The notes: generated by a model not told the origin, from the sequence alone. A stretch of DNA of 64,000 nt from Candidatus Yanofskybacteria bacterium CG10_big_fil_rev_8_21_14_0_10_36_16 (GCA_002794035.1 PCXQ01000004.1:17842-81841); one strand, 5' to 3'; shown: positions 8,966 through 18,499, counted from the stretch's first letter. A program made the numbers and translations.

Positions 8966-10410
8966 AATTTTTGAATTGCTTTATTGATTCTTTTGATTAC
9001 TTCTTCTTGACCAAGCACAACTGCAATATCAACCGGGTCGGGCGAACCTTTTTGGCCTGAAAGGGATACTCTAAATGGCCAGTATACCAGTCCTCTGTCT
9101 GGCTTTGCATCAGGGTCAGTCTTAAGCTTTGAAGCAAGATCGTCTAGTTTTTCTCTGAGTGTGTCTGGTGCGCCTACGCCAATTTCGGTTACTAACTCTT
9201 TTACCATCTCAAGTGTTTTTTGTATATCTATCGTCTCATATTTTTTCCACATCAATAGATCTTTTTCATATTCCGGGTCTTTAAAGAAGAATAAAAATTC
9301 TTTAATATCAGATAATTTTTCCATTCTTTCTTTAATCATTGGTAGAATTTTTTTTATTGTATTCTCTTTGTTGCTTAATACTTGATACCTACTACTTAAT
9401 ACTAAAATCTTAGTGATTAATTCTTCGTCACTAAGATTTTTAATGTATTGGGAGTTAATCCAATTTAATTTATCTAAATTAAATACAGCCCCTGATTTAT
9501 GTACGTTTTTTAAATCAAAGTTTTTAATTATTTCATCCTTGTCCATTATTTCTTTTTCAGAATCTTTTGGAGTCCATCCCAAAAATGCCATGTAATTAAA
9601 CATTGCTTCTGGTAAATAACCTTCCTCATTGTATTCTGTTATGGATGTTGCCCCATGCCTTTTTGACATTTTTGATTTGTCTGAACCTAGAATAAGTGGA
9701 AGGTGGGCGTACTCTGGCATAACTTGTCCTAAGGGATTCGAAGGATTGTGAAATCCCAAAGCTTTCCCAATTAAAATTTGTTTCGGGGTATTGGGGATGT
9801 GGTCTTCACCTCTTATCACATGGCTAATTTTTGTTTCGTGATCATCTACCACGACTGCAAAATTATATAATGGAGTTTTTTCATTTTTGGCTATACTTAA
9901 GTCCCCTAGTAGTTTTTCTTCAAATTCTATTTCACCCCTGATAATATCATTAAATTTAATTTTCTCATCTGATTTTTCATCAACATTTAACCTTATTATT
10001 CCCCCTTCTTTATTTTGGGGAATTTTATATTTGTGGTCGCATATATGGCGCGGTGCTAATTTGTTTGCCATTTGCTCTTTCTGTTCTTGTTCTAATTCTT
10101 CTTTTGTATGATAGCACCAAAAAGCTTTGCCATCATTAAGTAATTTTTGGATATATTTTTCATAAATATCCATGCGCTCGCTTTGTTTGTAAAATTCATC
10201 CCACTCAAGCCCGAGCCATTTTAAGCCATCTAAAATATCTTTTTCGTATTTTGGATCAGAGCGTTCAAGATCGGTGTCTTCTATTCTTAAGACGAATGTG
10301 CCTTTTTTGTGTTTTGCAAAAAGCCAATTAAAAAGAGCAGTACGTGCGGTACCTATATGTAGGTTTCCCGTTGGACTAGGAGCTATTCTAACTCGTATTT
10401 CTTTTGACAT
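8959..10410 (-). CDS. gltX: Glutamyl-tRNA synthetase
   Basis: RIAPSPTGNLHIGTARTALFNWLFA...LRIEDTD..RS and KMSKRHG, the class I HIGH/KMSKS motifs. Confidence 0.95.
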   Translation of the reverse strand: MSKEIRVRIAPSPTGNLHIGTARTALFNWLFAKHKKGTFVLRIEDTDLERSDPKYEKDILDGLKWLGLEWDEFYKQSERMDIYEKYIQKLLNDGKAFWCYHTKEELEQEQKEQMANKLAPRHICDHKYKIPQNKEGGIIRLNVDEKSDEKIKFNDIIRGEIEFEEKLLGDLSIAKNEKTPLYNFAVVVDDHETKISHVIRGEDHIPNTPKQILIGKALGFHNPSNPLGQVMPEYAHLPLILGSDKSKMSKRHGATSITEYNEEGYLPEAMFNYMAFLGWTPKDSEKEIMDKDEIIKNFDLKNVHKSGAVFNLDKLNWINSQYIKNLSDEELITKILVLSSRYQVLSNKENTIKKILPMIKERMEKLSDIKEFLFFFKDPEYEKDLLMWKKYETIDIQKTLEMVKELVTEIGVGAPDTLREKLDDLASKLKTDPDAKPDRGLVYWPFRVSLSGQKGSPDPVDIAVVLGQEEVIKRINKAIQKLK

Positions 10411-10471
10411 AAAAATTAATTAATTGTTATTATATGGCTAGTTTTTTGATTTTTAAAAATATCGGTGTGCT

Positions 10472-11035
10472 ATGTTTATAGTTCTGGGCCTGCTTTTAAT
10501 GTGTGTTGTTTTATATATATCCGAGATTGCTTATAGGTTTATTTTTAGCATAATATTTAATTATAAGTTGTATATGTCATTGCCGTGTTATTATTTGCTT
10601 GATTGTTGGCCTGATATGCCAGAATGGCTTGGAAAATATAGAAAAACTTTAGTATTTCAGGATTTTGTGCCCTTTTTTTATGCATCTGCCTGGGTTATTA
10701 AGCCAAATCTTATTTACATAGGTTTAGACATAAGGGGGTTTGATATAGACAGATCCTCAGAAAAAAATTTGCGGATGTTTATTGTTTTACATGAATTAGG
10801 ACATATCATATTGCAGAGTAATTATTTCACCTTTGCTCCATTTATTAAACGGCATGTTGGGCACGAGATTGAAGCCGACAGGTTTGCTTCTGTTTTTATC
10901 GGCAAAAATAATGTTAGGAACTTTTTAGAAAAATTGGAACTTTTTTTAATTAAAAATTCTGCAGATTCTGTTGAAATGAAAATTAGGATACTAGCTCTTG
11001 ATATGCCCACTCTTTTTTACCGGTATGCTAATTAG
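10472..11035 (+). CDS. ImmA/IrrE-family (DUF955) HExxH metallopeptidase-like protein; start codon uncertain
   Basis: HELGHI followed by HEIEADRFA, the ImmA/IrrE motif pair. No Xre-type partner gene adjacent. Confidence 0.4.
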   Translation: MFIVLGLLLMCVVLYISEIAYRFIFSIIFNYKLYMSLPCYYLLDCWPDMPEWLGKYRKTLVFQDFVPFFYASAWVIKPNLIYIGLDIRGFDIDRSSEKNLRMFIVLHELGHIILQSNYFTFAPFIKRHVGHEIEADRFASVFIGKNNVRNFLEKLELFLIKNSADSVEMKIRILALDMPTLFYRYAN

Positions 11036-11105
11036 CTGCCGGTTTTTTAATTTTATCATATTTTCAATTGAAAAAAAGCTTGACCTGACGTATTCTAAAA
11101 TTGAA

Positions 11106-13085
11106 ATGTATATAATAGATATTATTCCTTTAGCCTTTATTCCACGCAATCAGGCGCAGATTTTAAGTTATTTTCATAAAGAACCCCTTAATCGCGGTGC
11201 GGTTGTCGAGGTTTTACTTGGTAGAAGAAAAATAAAAGGCGTGGTCGCAGGTTTTGATACTGTAAAAAATAGAAAATTCGCTTTTAGGAAAAGTGTAGAT
11301 TTTAGCTTAAAAAACATCGGTACGGTAATCGAGCCAGAACCCAGCGTTACCGAAGGGCAGTTTAAAATGGCAAAATATATTTCAGATTATTATTATGCTC
11401 CTCTCGGTGTTTGTTTAAAAACCGTTTTGCCTCCATTTTGGGGAAAGAAAAATTATAAATTGGAAATCGTAAATCATGAAAATGAAAGTTTAAAATTCAT
11501 GAATCCTAATTCTAGATTCATAAAAACAAATTTAAAAAAACACTACCTTGATTATGAAGATGATCTTAAAAAAACACTTAAGCAAGGGCATCAAGTTTTT
11601 CTAATGGTTGCAGAACAAACAGCAGGTAAATATTTTTTAGATAAATATAAAAAATTAAACCCTATTTACATATCGAGTAATCTTTCTAGCAAAAATCATT
11701 ATGAACTATGGCAAAGCGTTCAATCAGGAAAATCACAATTAATTATAGGTACTCGCATTGGTTTATTTTTGCCTTTTAACGATTTAAAATTAATTATTGT
11801 TGATGATGAAAGCCACGAATTTTATAAATCTGACATGATGCCAAGATATAATGGAGCAATGGTTGCCGAGTTTTTAGCAGGCTTATTCGGGGCCAACATC
11901 ATTAAAAGTGCTATTGTCCCAAGGGTGGAAAATTATGAATCAAAAATTAATGATATTAAATTAAATTCATTAAAAACCAAAACAATTATTGCTGATATGG
12001 TGCACGAGATTAAATCAGGCAACTTTTCTATATTTAGCAGAGATTTGAAAGAAGAAATGATGGACAGTGTTTCTAGGGGCGAAAATATTATTTTATATAT
12101 TCCTCGTAGGGGCTATTCTAATTTCTTGTATTGTGAAAAATGTTCGCATATTGTTAAGTGTCCCAACTGTACAGCATCTCTAATTTTACACAAACAAATT
12201 GTTGGTGGAGAAATCATAGATTCTTTATGGTGCCATAAATGCGGTTATAAAACCCCAAAGCTAAAAAGCTGTAATAATTGCGGAAGTTATAAATTGAAGC
12301 CTCACGGAGCGGGTGTTGAAAGAGTGGTTAGTGATATAAAAAAGTTTTTTGATTATCAAAACTTAACAGTTCCTCCAATTTTTTGCCTTGATAGTGATAC
12401 AACAAAAAATGATGACAAAAAAGAACTGGAAATAATCGATAATTTTTTCGCCGGAAGTAGATCTGCCCATGAAGGGAAAAAAGAAAAAGGCTCAATTCTT
12501 GTTGCTACACAGGTTTTGTTTAGTCATAAATATTACCTAGATAAAATAGCATTGGCAGGAATAATTAATGCTGATACACTGATAAATATACCAGATTTTA
12601 GAGCAGAAGAATCTCTTTTTAGACAAATATATACATTAAAAAATTTAACTCCAAAATTGATTGTACAAACGCATAACCCTGAAAATCCAACATTAAAATA
12701 CATTATGGATGGCGATATGTCGGGATTTATAAAGGAAGAGTTTGAGAATAGAAAGGTTTTCAGTTATCCCCCGTTTTCTCAGATTGTAAAGCTAACTTTT
12801 AAACATAGAGATAGAAACAAGGCAAGAAGCGAGTCCTATGTTTTGGCTGAAAAATTTAAGCAAATAATGAGACGCGAACAATACCCCGCGATAATCAGTG
12901 GGCCCTCCCCTGCTTTTATTAGCAGAGAGAGAGGTATGTATGTTTGGAATATTATATTGAAAATTAAAAACCCGCCTAAAATTTCCGATTTTGAAAAAAT
13001 TAAGCGGGTAAGAGAACGCAACGAATTTTTGCGACTGGTTCCTAATGGATGGCTTGTTGAAGCAGATCCGACAAGCACAATTTAA
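11106..13085 (+). CDS. priA: Primosomal protein N' (PriA helicase), with a degenerate P-loop
   Basis: 3'-BD (VVEVLLGRRKIKGVVAG), QFKMAKYISDYYYAPLGV, LMVAEQT (motif Ia), IIVDDESHEF (DExH) and the Cys-rich zinc region CPNC...CHKCG...CNNCG. ATG at 11106 chosen. Confidence 0.8.
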   Translation: MYIIDIIPLAFIPRNQAQILSYFHKEPLNRGAVVEVLLGRRKIKGVVAGFDTVKNRKFAFRKSVDFSLKNIGTVIEPEPSVTEGQFKMAKYISDYYYAPLGVCLKTVLPPFWGKKNYKLEIVNHENESLKFMNPNSRFIKTNLKKHYLDYEDDLKKTLKQGHQVFLMVAEQTAGKYFLDKYKKLNPIYISSNLSSKNHYELWQSVQSGKSQLIIGTRIGLFLPFNDLKLIIVDDESHEFYKSDMMPRYNGAMVAEFLAGLFGANIIKSAIVPRVENYESKINDIKLNSLKTKTIIADMVHEIKSGNFSIFSRDLKEEMMDSVSRGENIILYIPRRGYSNFLYCEKCSHIVKCPNCTASLILHKQIVGGEIIDSLWCHKCGYKTPKLKSCNNCGSYKLKPHGAGVERVVSDIKKFFDYQNLTVPPIFCLDSDTTKNDDKKELEIIDNFFAGSRSAHEGKKEKGSILVATQVLFSHKYYLDKIALAGIINADTLINIPDFRAEESLFRQIYTLKNLTPKLIVQTHNPENPTLKYIMDGDMSGFIKEEFENRKVFSYPPFSQIVKLTFKHRDRNKARSESYVLAEKFKQIMRREQYPAIISGPSPAFISRERGMYVWNIILKIKNPPKISDFEKIKRVRERNEFLRLVPNGWLVEADPTSTI

Positions 13086-13126
13086 TTTTAGGATAAATAT
13101 AGAGCAGATCCAATTATTTTTTAAAA

Positions 13127-13573
13127 ATGAAAATTACAAAAGAGCCTAATAAAATATTGCATAAAAAATTGGCTAAAGTCAAAACAATAACTCCTGAAAT
13201 AAAAGAGTTGATTTTAGATATGAAAAAAACAATGGTTGAAGCAGTCGGCGTTGGTTTAGCGGCAAATCAGGTAGGCAAAGATCTTCAGATTTTTGTAATT
13301 GATGAGGCGCTGGCAAAAGAAAATGAAGTTTCCGATGTTTACATAAATCCGGAAATAACAGAGTTTTCAAAAGACACAGGAGTAATGGAGGAGGGGTGTT
13401 TAAGTATCCCCGAGTACTGGGTTGATATTAAGCGTTCAAAAAAAGTAAAAATTAAATTCATGGATGAAAATGGAAATAAACAAAAAATAAAAGCACGAGG
13501 ATTTCTCGCGCGAGTTTTGCAACATGAGTATGACCATCTTCAGGGAGCTTTAATAAAGGACAGAGCTAAATAA
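13127..13573 (+). CDS. def: Peptide deformylase
   Basis: GVGLAANQVG, EGCLSIP and QHEYDHLQG motifs. Confidence 0.95.
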   Translation: MKITKEPNKILHKKLAKVKTITPEIKELILDMKKTMVEAVGVGLAANQVGKDLQIFVIDEALAKENEVSDVYINPEITEFSKDTGVMEEGCLSIPEYWVDIKRSKKVKIKFMDENGNKQKIKARGFLARVLQHEYDHLQGALIKDRAK

Positions 13574-13576
13574 AAG

Positions 13577-13599
13577 GGCACCGCCATTATTGCGGTGCC
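13577..13599. terminator. GC hairpin terminator (GGCACCGC-CATTATT-GCGGTGCC)
   Basis: Perfect 8-bp stem. The T-run lies on the minus-strand side. Confidence 0.55.
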
Positions 13600-13607
13600 A
13601 AAATTGT

Positions 13608-13820
13608 TTAATTCATATCGTCTAGAACGAATATCATTGCTACGCCAACCATTAAGCGCGTATCATCATCCATTTTTTTTGTTTGTCGTTGAACTTTTTC
13701 TGGATTCTCTTTAAAATCGCTGTGGCTTTTGATTCCCGCCCTATTTAAGATTTTGCGAGCTTTACCAATATATCTTTCTTGTTCCACAGGAGTTAGTTCG
13801 GACCATTTTTCAAGGTTCAT
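13608..13820 (-). CDS. Hypothetical small protein (70 aa) antisense between def and fmt
   Basis: ORF with its own downstream hairpin terminator. No recognised domain. Confidence 0.35.
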   Translation of the reverse strand: MNLEKWSELTPVEQERYIGKARKILNRAGIKSHSDFKENPEKVQRQTKKMDDDTRLMVGVAMIFVLDDMN

Positions 13821-13874
13821 TTTATTCCCTCCTTTTATTCCGGAATATGTTATTTATAAAATTACCACTAAATT

Positions 13875-14828
13875 ATGGATAAGTCAAATATAAAATTAAT
13901 ATTTTTTGGAACTAATGAATTCGCGGTTCCTGTATTAGAGGCTCTTGTGAAAGAGGGTTATGATATTGTCGGTGTAATTACAGAACCAAATAAACCTGTA
14001 GGCAGAAATCAAACCCTTACTCCCCCACCTGTGAAACTCAAGGCACAAAATGAAAAATTAAAAGTATTTCAACCAAAAAATAAATTAGAAATCAAGAATT
14101 TAATATCGGAGCTTCCTGCATCCACAGATGTCGGTGTGGTTGTTTATTATGGCAAAATCATTCCTCAAGAAATGGTAGACTTCCCTAAACGAGGATTGTT
14201 GAATATTCATCCGTCTTTATTGCCAAAATATCGAGGCGCTTCCCCTATTCAGACAGCTATTTTAAATGGTGATGTTGAAACGGGTGTTACCATTATGAAA
14301 ATAGATGATCTAATGGACCATGGAGAAATAATAACAAGTGTTGATTATCAAGTATCAAGCAAAGATTACCACTTTAAAATTTATGAGGATTTAACTGAGT
14401 TGGGCACAAAGCTTTTAATAAAAATTTTACCGGAGTATTTAAGCGAGGGCATAAAATTAATTCCTCAAAAGCATGATAAGGCAACTTATACAAAAAAATT
14501 TAAATTAGAGGACGGAGAAATAAAACCAGACGATAAAGCAAAAGATGCTTACAATAAAATTAGGGCTTTTAATCCGGAACCGGGTGCTTATTGGAAATTA
14601 TCAAATAATAAAATACTAAAAATATTAGAAGCTACCTTAGATTTGGAAACTAATATTAACAAAACGGGGCTAACCAGAATAAACAAAAATCCCCTCAGTA
14701 GCACTCAGGGCAGGCCTGCTCTAGCTTTAAAAGGAGGGGTGTTGATCTTAGACAAGGTTAAACCAGAAAGTAAAAAAGCAATGTCCGGTAAAGATTTTAT
14801 GAATGGACATGCGCAACTATTTAAATAA
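13875..14828 (+). CDS. fmt: Methionyl-tRNA formyltransferase
   Basis: IFFGT.EFAVP N-terminus and HPSLLPKYRGASPIQTAILNGD formyltransferase motif. Confidence 0.9.
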   Translation: MDKSNIKLIFFGTNEFAVPVLEALVKEGYDIVGVITEPNKPVGRNQTLTPPPVKLKAQNEKLKVFQPKNKLEIKNLISELPASTDVGVVVYYGKIIPQEMVDFPKRGLLNIHPSLLPKYRGASPIQTAILNGDVETGVTIMKIDDLMDHGEIITSVDYQVSSKDYHFKIYEDLTELGTKLLIKILPEYLSEGIKLIPQKHDKATYTKKFKLEDGEIKPDDKAKDAYNKIRAFNPEPGAYWKLSNNKILKILEATLDLETNINKTGLTRINKNPLSSTQGRPALALKGGVLILDKVKPESKKAMSGKDFMNGHAQLFK

Positions 14829-14836
14829 AAAACATT

Positions 14837-15085
14837 TTATTTATCTAACGCTTTGTCTATTTTTTCTATTATTTTATCTAACTGGATAAAATGCGATATT
14901 TTTTTGCCAAGCAATTGTTTTAATAGTCGGCGGGACCTTTTTTTACCAAAAACCCATACAAAACCCACGACTGCAAGCCATGATCCGGGTGTGAAAGGGG
15001 TTGCAAACGCCAAAATCCCAATAAATATTAAAAGTATGCCAAAGAAAAAATGCAGGTCATATTTTTTTTTAAATAAAAAAACCAT
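14837..15085 (-). CDS. Small membrane protein (82 aa), hypothetical
   Basis: Two hydrophobic helices. Convergent with fmt. Confidence 0.35.
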   Translation of the reverse strand: MVFLFKKKYDLHFFFGILLIFIGILAFATPFTPGSWLAVVGFVWVFGKKRSRRLLKQLLGKKISHFIQLDKIIEKIDKALDK

Positions 15086-15122
15086 ACTTTTATTTTAACC
15101 TATAATGAATTATTATTAAACT

Positions 15123-15842
15123 ATGAGTGATAATACAATGTTAAGTGTAAAAAAATTGTCAGTTTCTTTTGGAAAGAGCGTAATTTTAAACGAACTTTCT
15201 TTTGACGTCTTTAAGGGTGAGGCCATGGCAATTATTGGACCGAACGGTTCGGGCAAAAGCGTCTTGTTGAGGACACTTTTGGGGCTTGTCCATCACAAAG
15301 GAGAAATTATATGGGCGCCAAATATTAAGATAGGATATGTGCCTCAGCGTTTAGATATTGAAGAGGAGTTTCCATTAACAGTTAAAGAATTTTTACAGTT
15401 TAAGGCAGGTAATTACGCTGAAATTATAGAGGTATTAGAAAAAGTGGGAATCAAAACAGGTGAAACACATGAACATCATCTCGAGCATCACATATTAAAC
15501 CAGCGTTTAGGCGTGCTTTCCGGAGGAGAATTCCAAAGGGTAATTATTGCAAGGGCATTAATTGGCAGACCTGATGTTTTGCTTTTTGATGAACCAACAT
15601 CTGGCGTTGATATTTCCGGAGAACAAACAATTTATAATTTGTTATTTAGACTACAAAAAGAAATTGGATTAACTGTAATACTTGTATCGCATGATTTAAA
15701 TGTTGTTTATAAATATGCGAATAATGTTTTGTGTCTTAATAAAGAACAGGTTTGCTTTGGTCGCCCAGATGTTGTGTTAACTCCTGAAGAATTAAAATCA
15801 CTATATGGAGGTGGTGCAGAGTTTTATAAGCACTCTCATTAG
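15123..15842 (+). CDS. Metal (Zn/Mn-type) ABC transporter ATP-binding protein
   Basis: Walker A GPNGSGKS, signature LSGGEFQRV and Walker B LLFDEPTSGVD. ZnuC-like. Confidence 0.85.
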   Translation: MSDNTMLSVKKLSVSFGKSVILNELSFDVFKGEAMAIIGPNGSGKSVLLRTLLGLVHHKGEIIWAPNIKIGYVPQRLDIEEEFPLTVKEFLQFKAGNYAEIIEVLEKVGIKTGETHEHHLEHHILNQRLGVLSGGEFQRVIIARALIGRPDVLLFDEPTSGVDISGEQTIYNLLFRLQKEIGLTVILVSHDLNVVYKYANNVLCLNKEQVCFGRPDVVLTPEELKSLYGGGAEFYKHSH

Positions 15843-15851
15843 TGTAAAAAA

Positions 15852-16610
15852 ATGGATTATTTACCATTAATAACTGCTATATTTGTAGGAGCTTCAGCCG
15901 GTTATCTAGGCTCTTTTATGGTTCTTCGTCAGATGGCGCTTGTTGGTGATGCTCTTTCCCATGTGGCCTTACCGGGCGTTGCATTGGGTTTGGTCTTTAA
16001 TTTTAATCCTATTTTGGGTGCTTTTGGCGCACTTTTTGGAGGAATATTGATAGTTTGGTTTTTAGAATATAGAACCAAGATATCAACAGAAGCTTTAATA
16101 GGCCTTATTTTTACAGTAAGTTTATCGGTGGGATTGTTAATAACACCTGATGAAGAACTTCTTGAGGCGCTTTTTGGAGACATTTCAGCCATAACGTTAA
16201 TAGATGGTATTTTGGCAATATTATTATCTGTGTCGGTTATTTTAATAATGAGAGGATTGGCAAATAAATTTATTTTGTCCACGATCTCGGATGAATTGGC
16301 TCGTGCCGAAAAAATAAAGACTGCAAAATTAAATTTTGTTTACCTTGTATTGGTTGCGGTTATTGTTGCTCTAGGAATTAAAACCGTAGGCACCTTGCTT
16401 ATGGGTGCCTTAGTTATAATTCCGGCTATTGCTTCTAGGAATATCTCAAAAGGACTTTTGTCTTATATTAAAAACTCAGCCGCCATTGGCGCATTAAGCG
16501 GAGGGTTGGGTATATTTTTAGCAAACTCTTATTCTTTGGCGCCCGGCCCTGTTGTGGTTCTTGTCAGCGCAAGCATTTTTTTGGTAACTCTATTTTTTAA
16601 GAAGTCTTGA
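15852..16610 (+). CDS. Metal ABC transporter permease (ABC-3 family, ZnuB/MntB-like)
   Basis: Polytopic membrane protein with DALSHVALPGVALG typical of ZnuB. Confidence 0.8.
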   Translation: MDYLPLITAIFVGASAGYLGSFMVLRQMALVGDALSHVALPGVALGLVFNFNPILGAFGALFGGILIVWFLEYRTKISTEALIGLIFTVSLSVGLLITPDEELLEALFGDISAITLIDGILAILLSVSVILIMRGLANKFILSTISDELARAEKIKTAKLNFVYLVLVAVIVALGIKTVGTLLMGALVIIPAIASRNISKGLLSYIKNSAAIGALSGGLGIFLANSYSLAPGPVVVLVSASIFLVTLFFKKS

Positions 16611-16718
16611 CGTTTACTGTTTTATTTGATATAATTAAATAAGTAAGGTGGTTTGCGTGTTCTCTTTGGTTTTAAGACGGAACTCAAATATGCCGAATCC
16701 GTCGGCTAGGAGGACACC

Positions 16719-17117
16719 ATGAGCTGGATCAATCCCGCCAACGCCCAACCCACTGGATATAACCCCAAGGCGAGAGTCTCCGGGTTCATTCAGAAGTTCG
16801 GGCAACTCGGTGAGGTTGCTCTTGGGGCTTGGAACGCAGTGGACCCGCTTCGCTGCTGTCATTGCCCCGACGAATATCTTGGCTATGCCAGGCGATTCGT
16901 TGAAGGTGTCGTTAGGGTCATCCCTAGCGAGTGGCCGAACCACCCCGACCTTGTGGAGGAGCTCGTGCGTAGAAGCTTCTATCCAACCCAGGTTGTCAAC
17001 CACACCGGACTTGGTCATCCGTGGGTAACTGCGGAAGACATTAAGTCCATCGCCCAGCACATCGCTGGGAGAGTGGAACAACTAGGAGGGATGGAGGATC
17101 TCTTGCCAGAGAGCTAA
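16719..17117 (+). CDS. Hypothetical 132-aa protein encoded inside a GC-rich island
   Basis: AGGAGG sits 5 nt upstream of the ATG. G/C-rich codons are unlike the neighbouring genes. No recognisable family (CCHCPDEY, HTGLGHPW). Confidence 0.45.
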   Translation: MSWINPANAQPTGYNPKARVSGFIQKFGQLGEVALGAWNAVDPLRCCHCPDEYLGYARRFVEGVVRVIPSEWPNHPDLVEELVRRSFYPTQVVNHTGLGHPWVTAEDIKSIAQHIAGRVEQLGGMEDLLPES

Positions 17118-17268
17118 ACCCACGGGTCAAGACCGCTTAGTAGCTAACGCGAACGGCGGTTTTTCTTTTGCCTACGCATCACAAATTTTGCGAGGTTATA
17201 TAATCCGAATTAAAGTTTGTATGACTACACAAAAAAGATGTTTTATGCTAGTATGTATTAATAAATTT

Positions 17269-17838
17269 ATGATCGGTGTTAATGAATTAAAATCAAAGGT
17301 TTACTTTATTTTTGACGGACAGCCGTGGGTGGTTTTGGAGTCCAATCATCTTAAAATGCAACAAAGACGCCCGGTAGTTCAGACTCGTATTCAAAACCTT
17401 TTAAACGGTAAAATAATTGAGAGAAATTTTCAGCAATCAGATACTTTTGAGGTGGCTGATGTTAGCAAAAAGACAGTAAAATTCATTTATGAACATAGGG
17501 GTGAATACTGGTTTTCTGATTCTAAAAATCCATCTGACAGATTTCAATTAAGCAAGGAGATTTTGGGAGATAGTGCAAAATTCTTAAAGCCTAACCTTGA
17601 GATTGACGCAGTAATGTTTAATGATGATGTTATAAATATAGAATTGCCTGTTAAGATTGAATATAAAGTTAAAGAAGCTCCACCAGCTGTAAAGGGAGAT
17701 ACTGCCCAAGGCGGGGTTAAACAAATAACACTTGAGGGCGGTGCTGTAATAAGCGCTCCCCTTTTTATTAATGCAGGAGACATAGTAAGAGTTAATACAG
17801 AGACTGGACAATATGTAGAGAGGGTAGATAAAAAATAA
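17269..17838 (+). CDS. efp: Elongation factor P
   Basis: MIGVNELKSKVYFIFDGQPWVVLESNHLK...TRIQNLLNGKIIERNF aligns to the EF-P N-terminus. ATG at 17269 chosen. Confidence 0.9.
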   Translation: MIGVNELKSKVYFIFDGQPWVVLESNHLKMQQRRPVVQTRIQNLLNGKIIERNFQQSDTFEVADVSKKTVKFIYEHRGEYWFSDSKNPSDRFQLSKEILGDSAKFLKPNLEIDAVMFNDDVINIELPVKIEYKVKEAPPAVKGDTAQGGVKQITLEGGAVISAPLFINAGDIVRVNTETGQYVERVDKK

Positions 17839-17857
17839 TTTTATAATTACTTTATTT

Positions 17858-17884
17858 AAAAAACTCGCACTTGCGAGTTTTTTT
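17858..17884. terminator. Bidirectional terminator AAAAAACTCGCA-CTT-GCGAGTTTTTTT
   Basis: Perfect stem flanked by A-runs and T-runs between convergent genes. Confidence 0.7.
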
Positions 17885-17901
17885 ATTCGATTATTTTTTA
17901 A

Positions 17902-18480
17902 TTAATCGTCTTTTCTTTTTTGGCGCAATGTTAATGCTGTAACAACAGGAAGTACGGCCCACCAAAATCTTGCTAAATCTCCTGCAAAATAAGTTTTTAA
18001 TTTTGCTAGTTGAGGTGCTAACTCATCTGGCAAATATGAAAACGCTACGCTTGTCAAAAACCCAAACTTTATCAACGCTATTAAAAGCAAGGGGCCTAGA
18101 GTAAATTCTTTTAGTGTAAATCGGGTTTTTAGAGAAGAGAAACTTAAAATAGAGAATGTTAGGAAGTAAAGCACAAAAAATAATATTAGATGTACCATGT
18201 ATGATTCAAGACCGCCGGTAAAAGATTTTACGTAATCAAAATAAGGGAAAAGCGGTTCAATAAAAGCAGCTAAATATAAGCTTATAAGGCTTAAAAAAAG
18301 TCTAGATTTTCCATAACTGAATCCTGATAAAAATATTACAAATATAACAAAAAATGCCATCCACCACTCCCAGCTTATTTCAGAAAATTTAAAACCGCCA
18401 AAACCGTCTAATAGGCCGTTGAAAACGCTAGAGAAATTAGCAAGCGTAGATATGAAACTGTTAAATATATTGTTTAACAA
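17902..18480 (-). CDS. Polytopic membrane protein (possibly CvpA-like)
   Basis: Hydrophobic multi-TM profile. Weak resemblance only. Confidence 0.3.
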   Translation of the reverse strand: MLNNIFNSFISTLANFSSVFNGLLDGFGGFKFSEISWEWWMAFFVIFVIFLSGFSYGKSRLFLSLISLYLAAFIEPLFPYFDYVKSFTGGLESYMVHLILFFVLYFLTFSILSFSSLKTRFTLKEFTLGPLLLIALIKFGFLTSVAFSYLPDELAPQLAKLKTYFAGDLARFWWAVLPVVTALTLRQKRKDD

Positions 18481-18499
18481 AATTATTTATAATTTTATA

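Noticed and set aside
10998-11105. Extended PriA N-terminus from the ORF-track start at 10998
   Set aside because: The PriA 3'-BD alignment begins at MYIIDIIPLAF (ATG at 11106). The upstream stretch is hydrophobic junk overlapping the ImmA-like ORF.
16635-17081. 148-aa minus-strand ORF in the GC island
   Set aside because: High-GC DNA keeps several frames open. The plus-strand ORF has the SD and ATG, so the minus-strand ORF is treated as an artefact.
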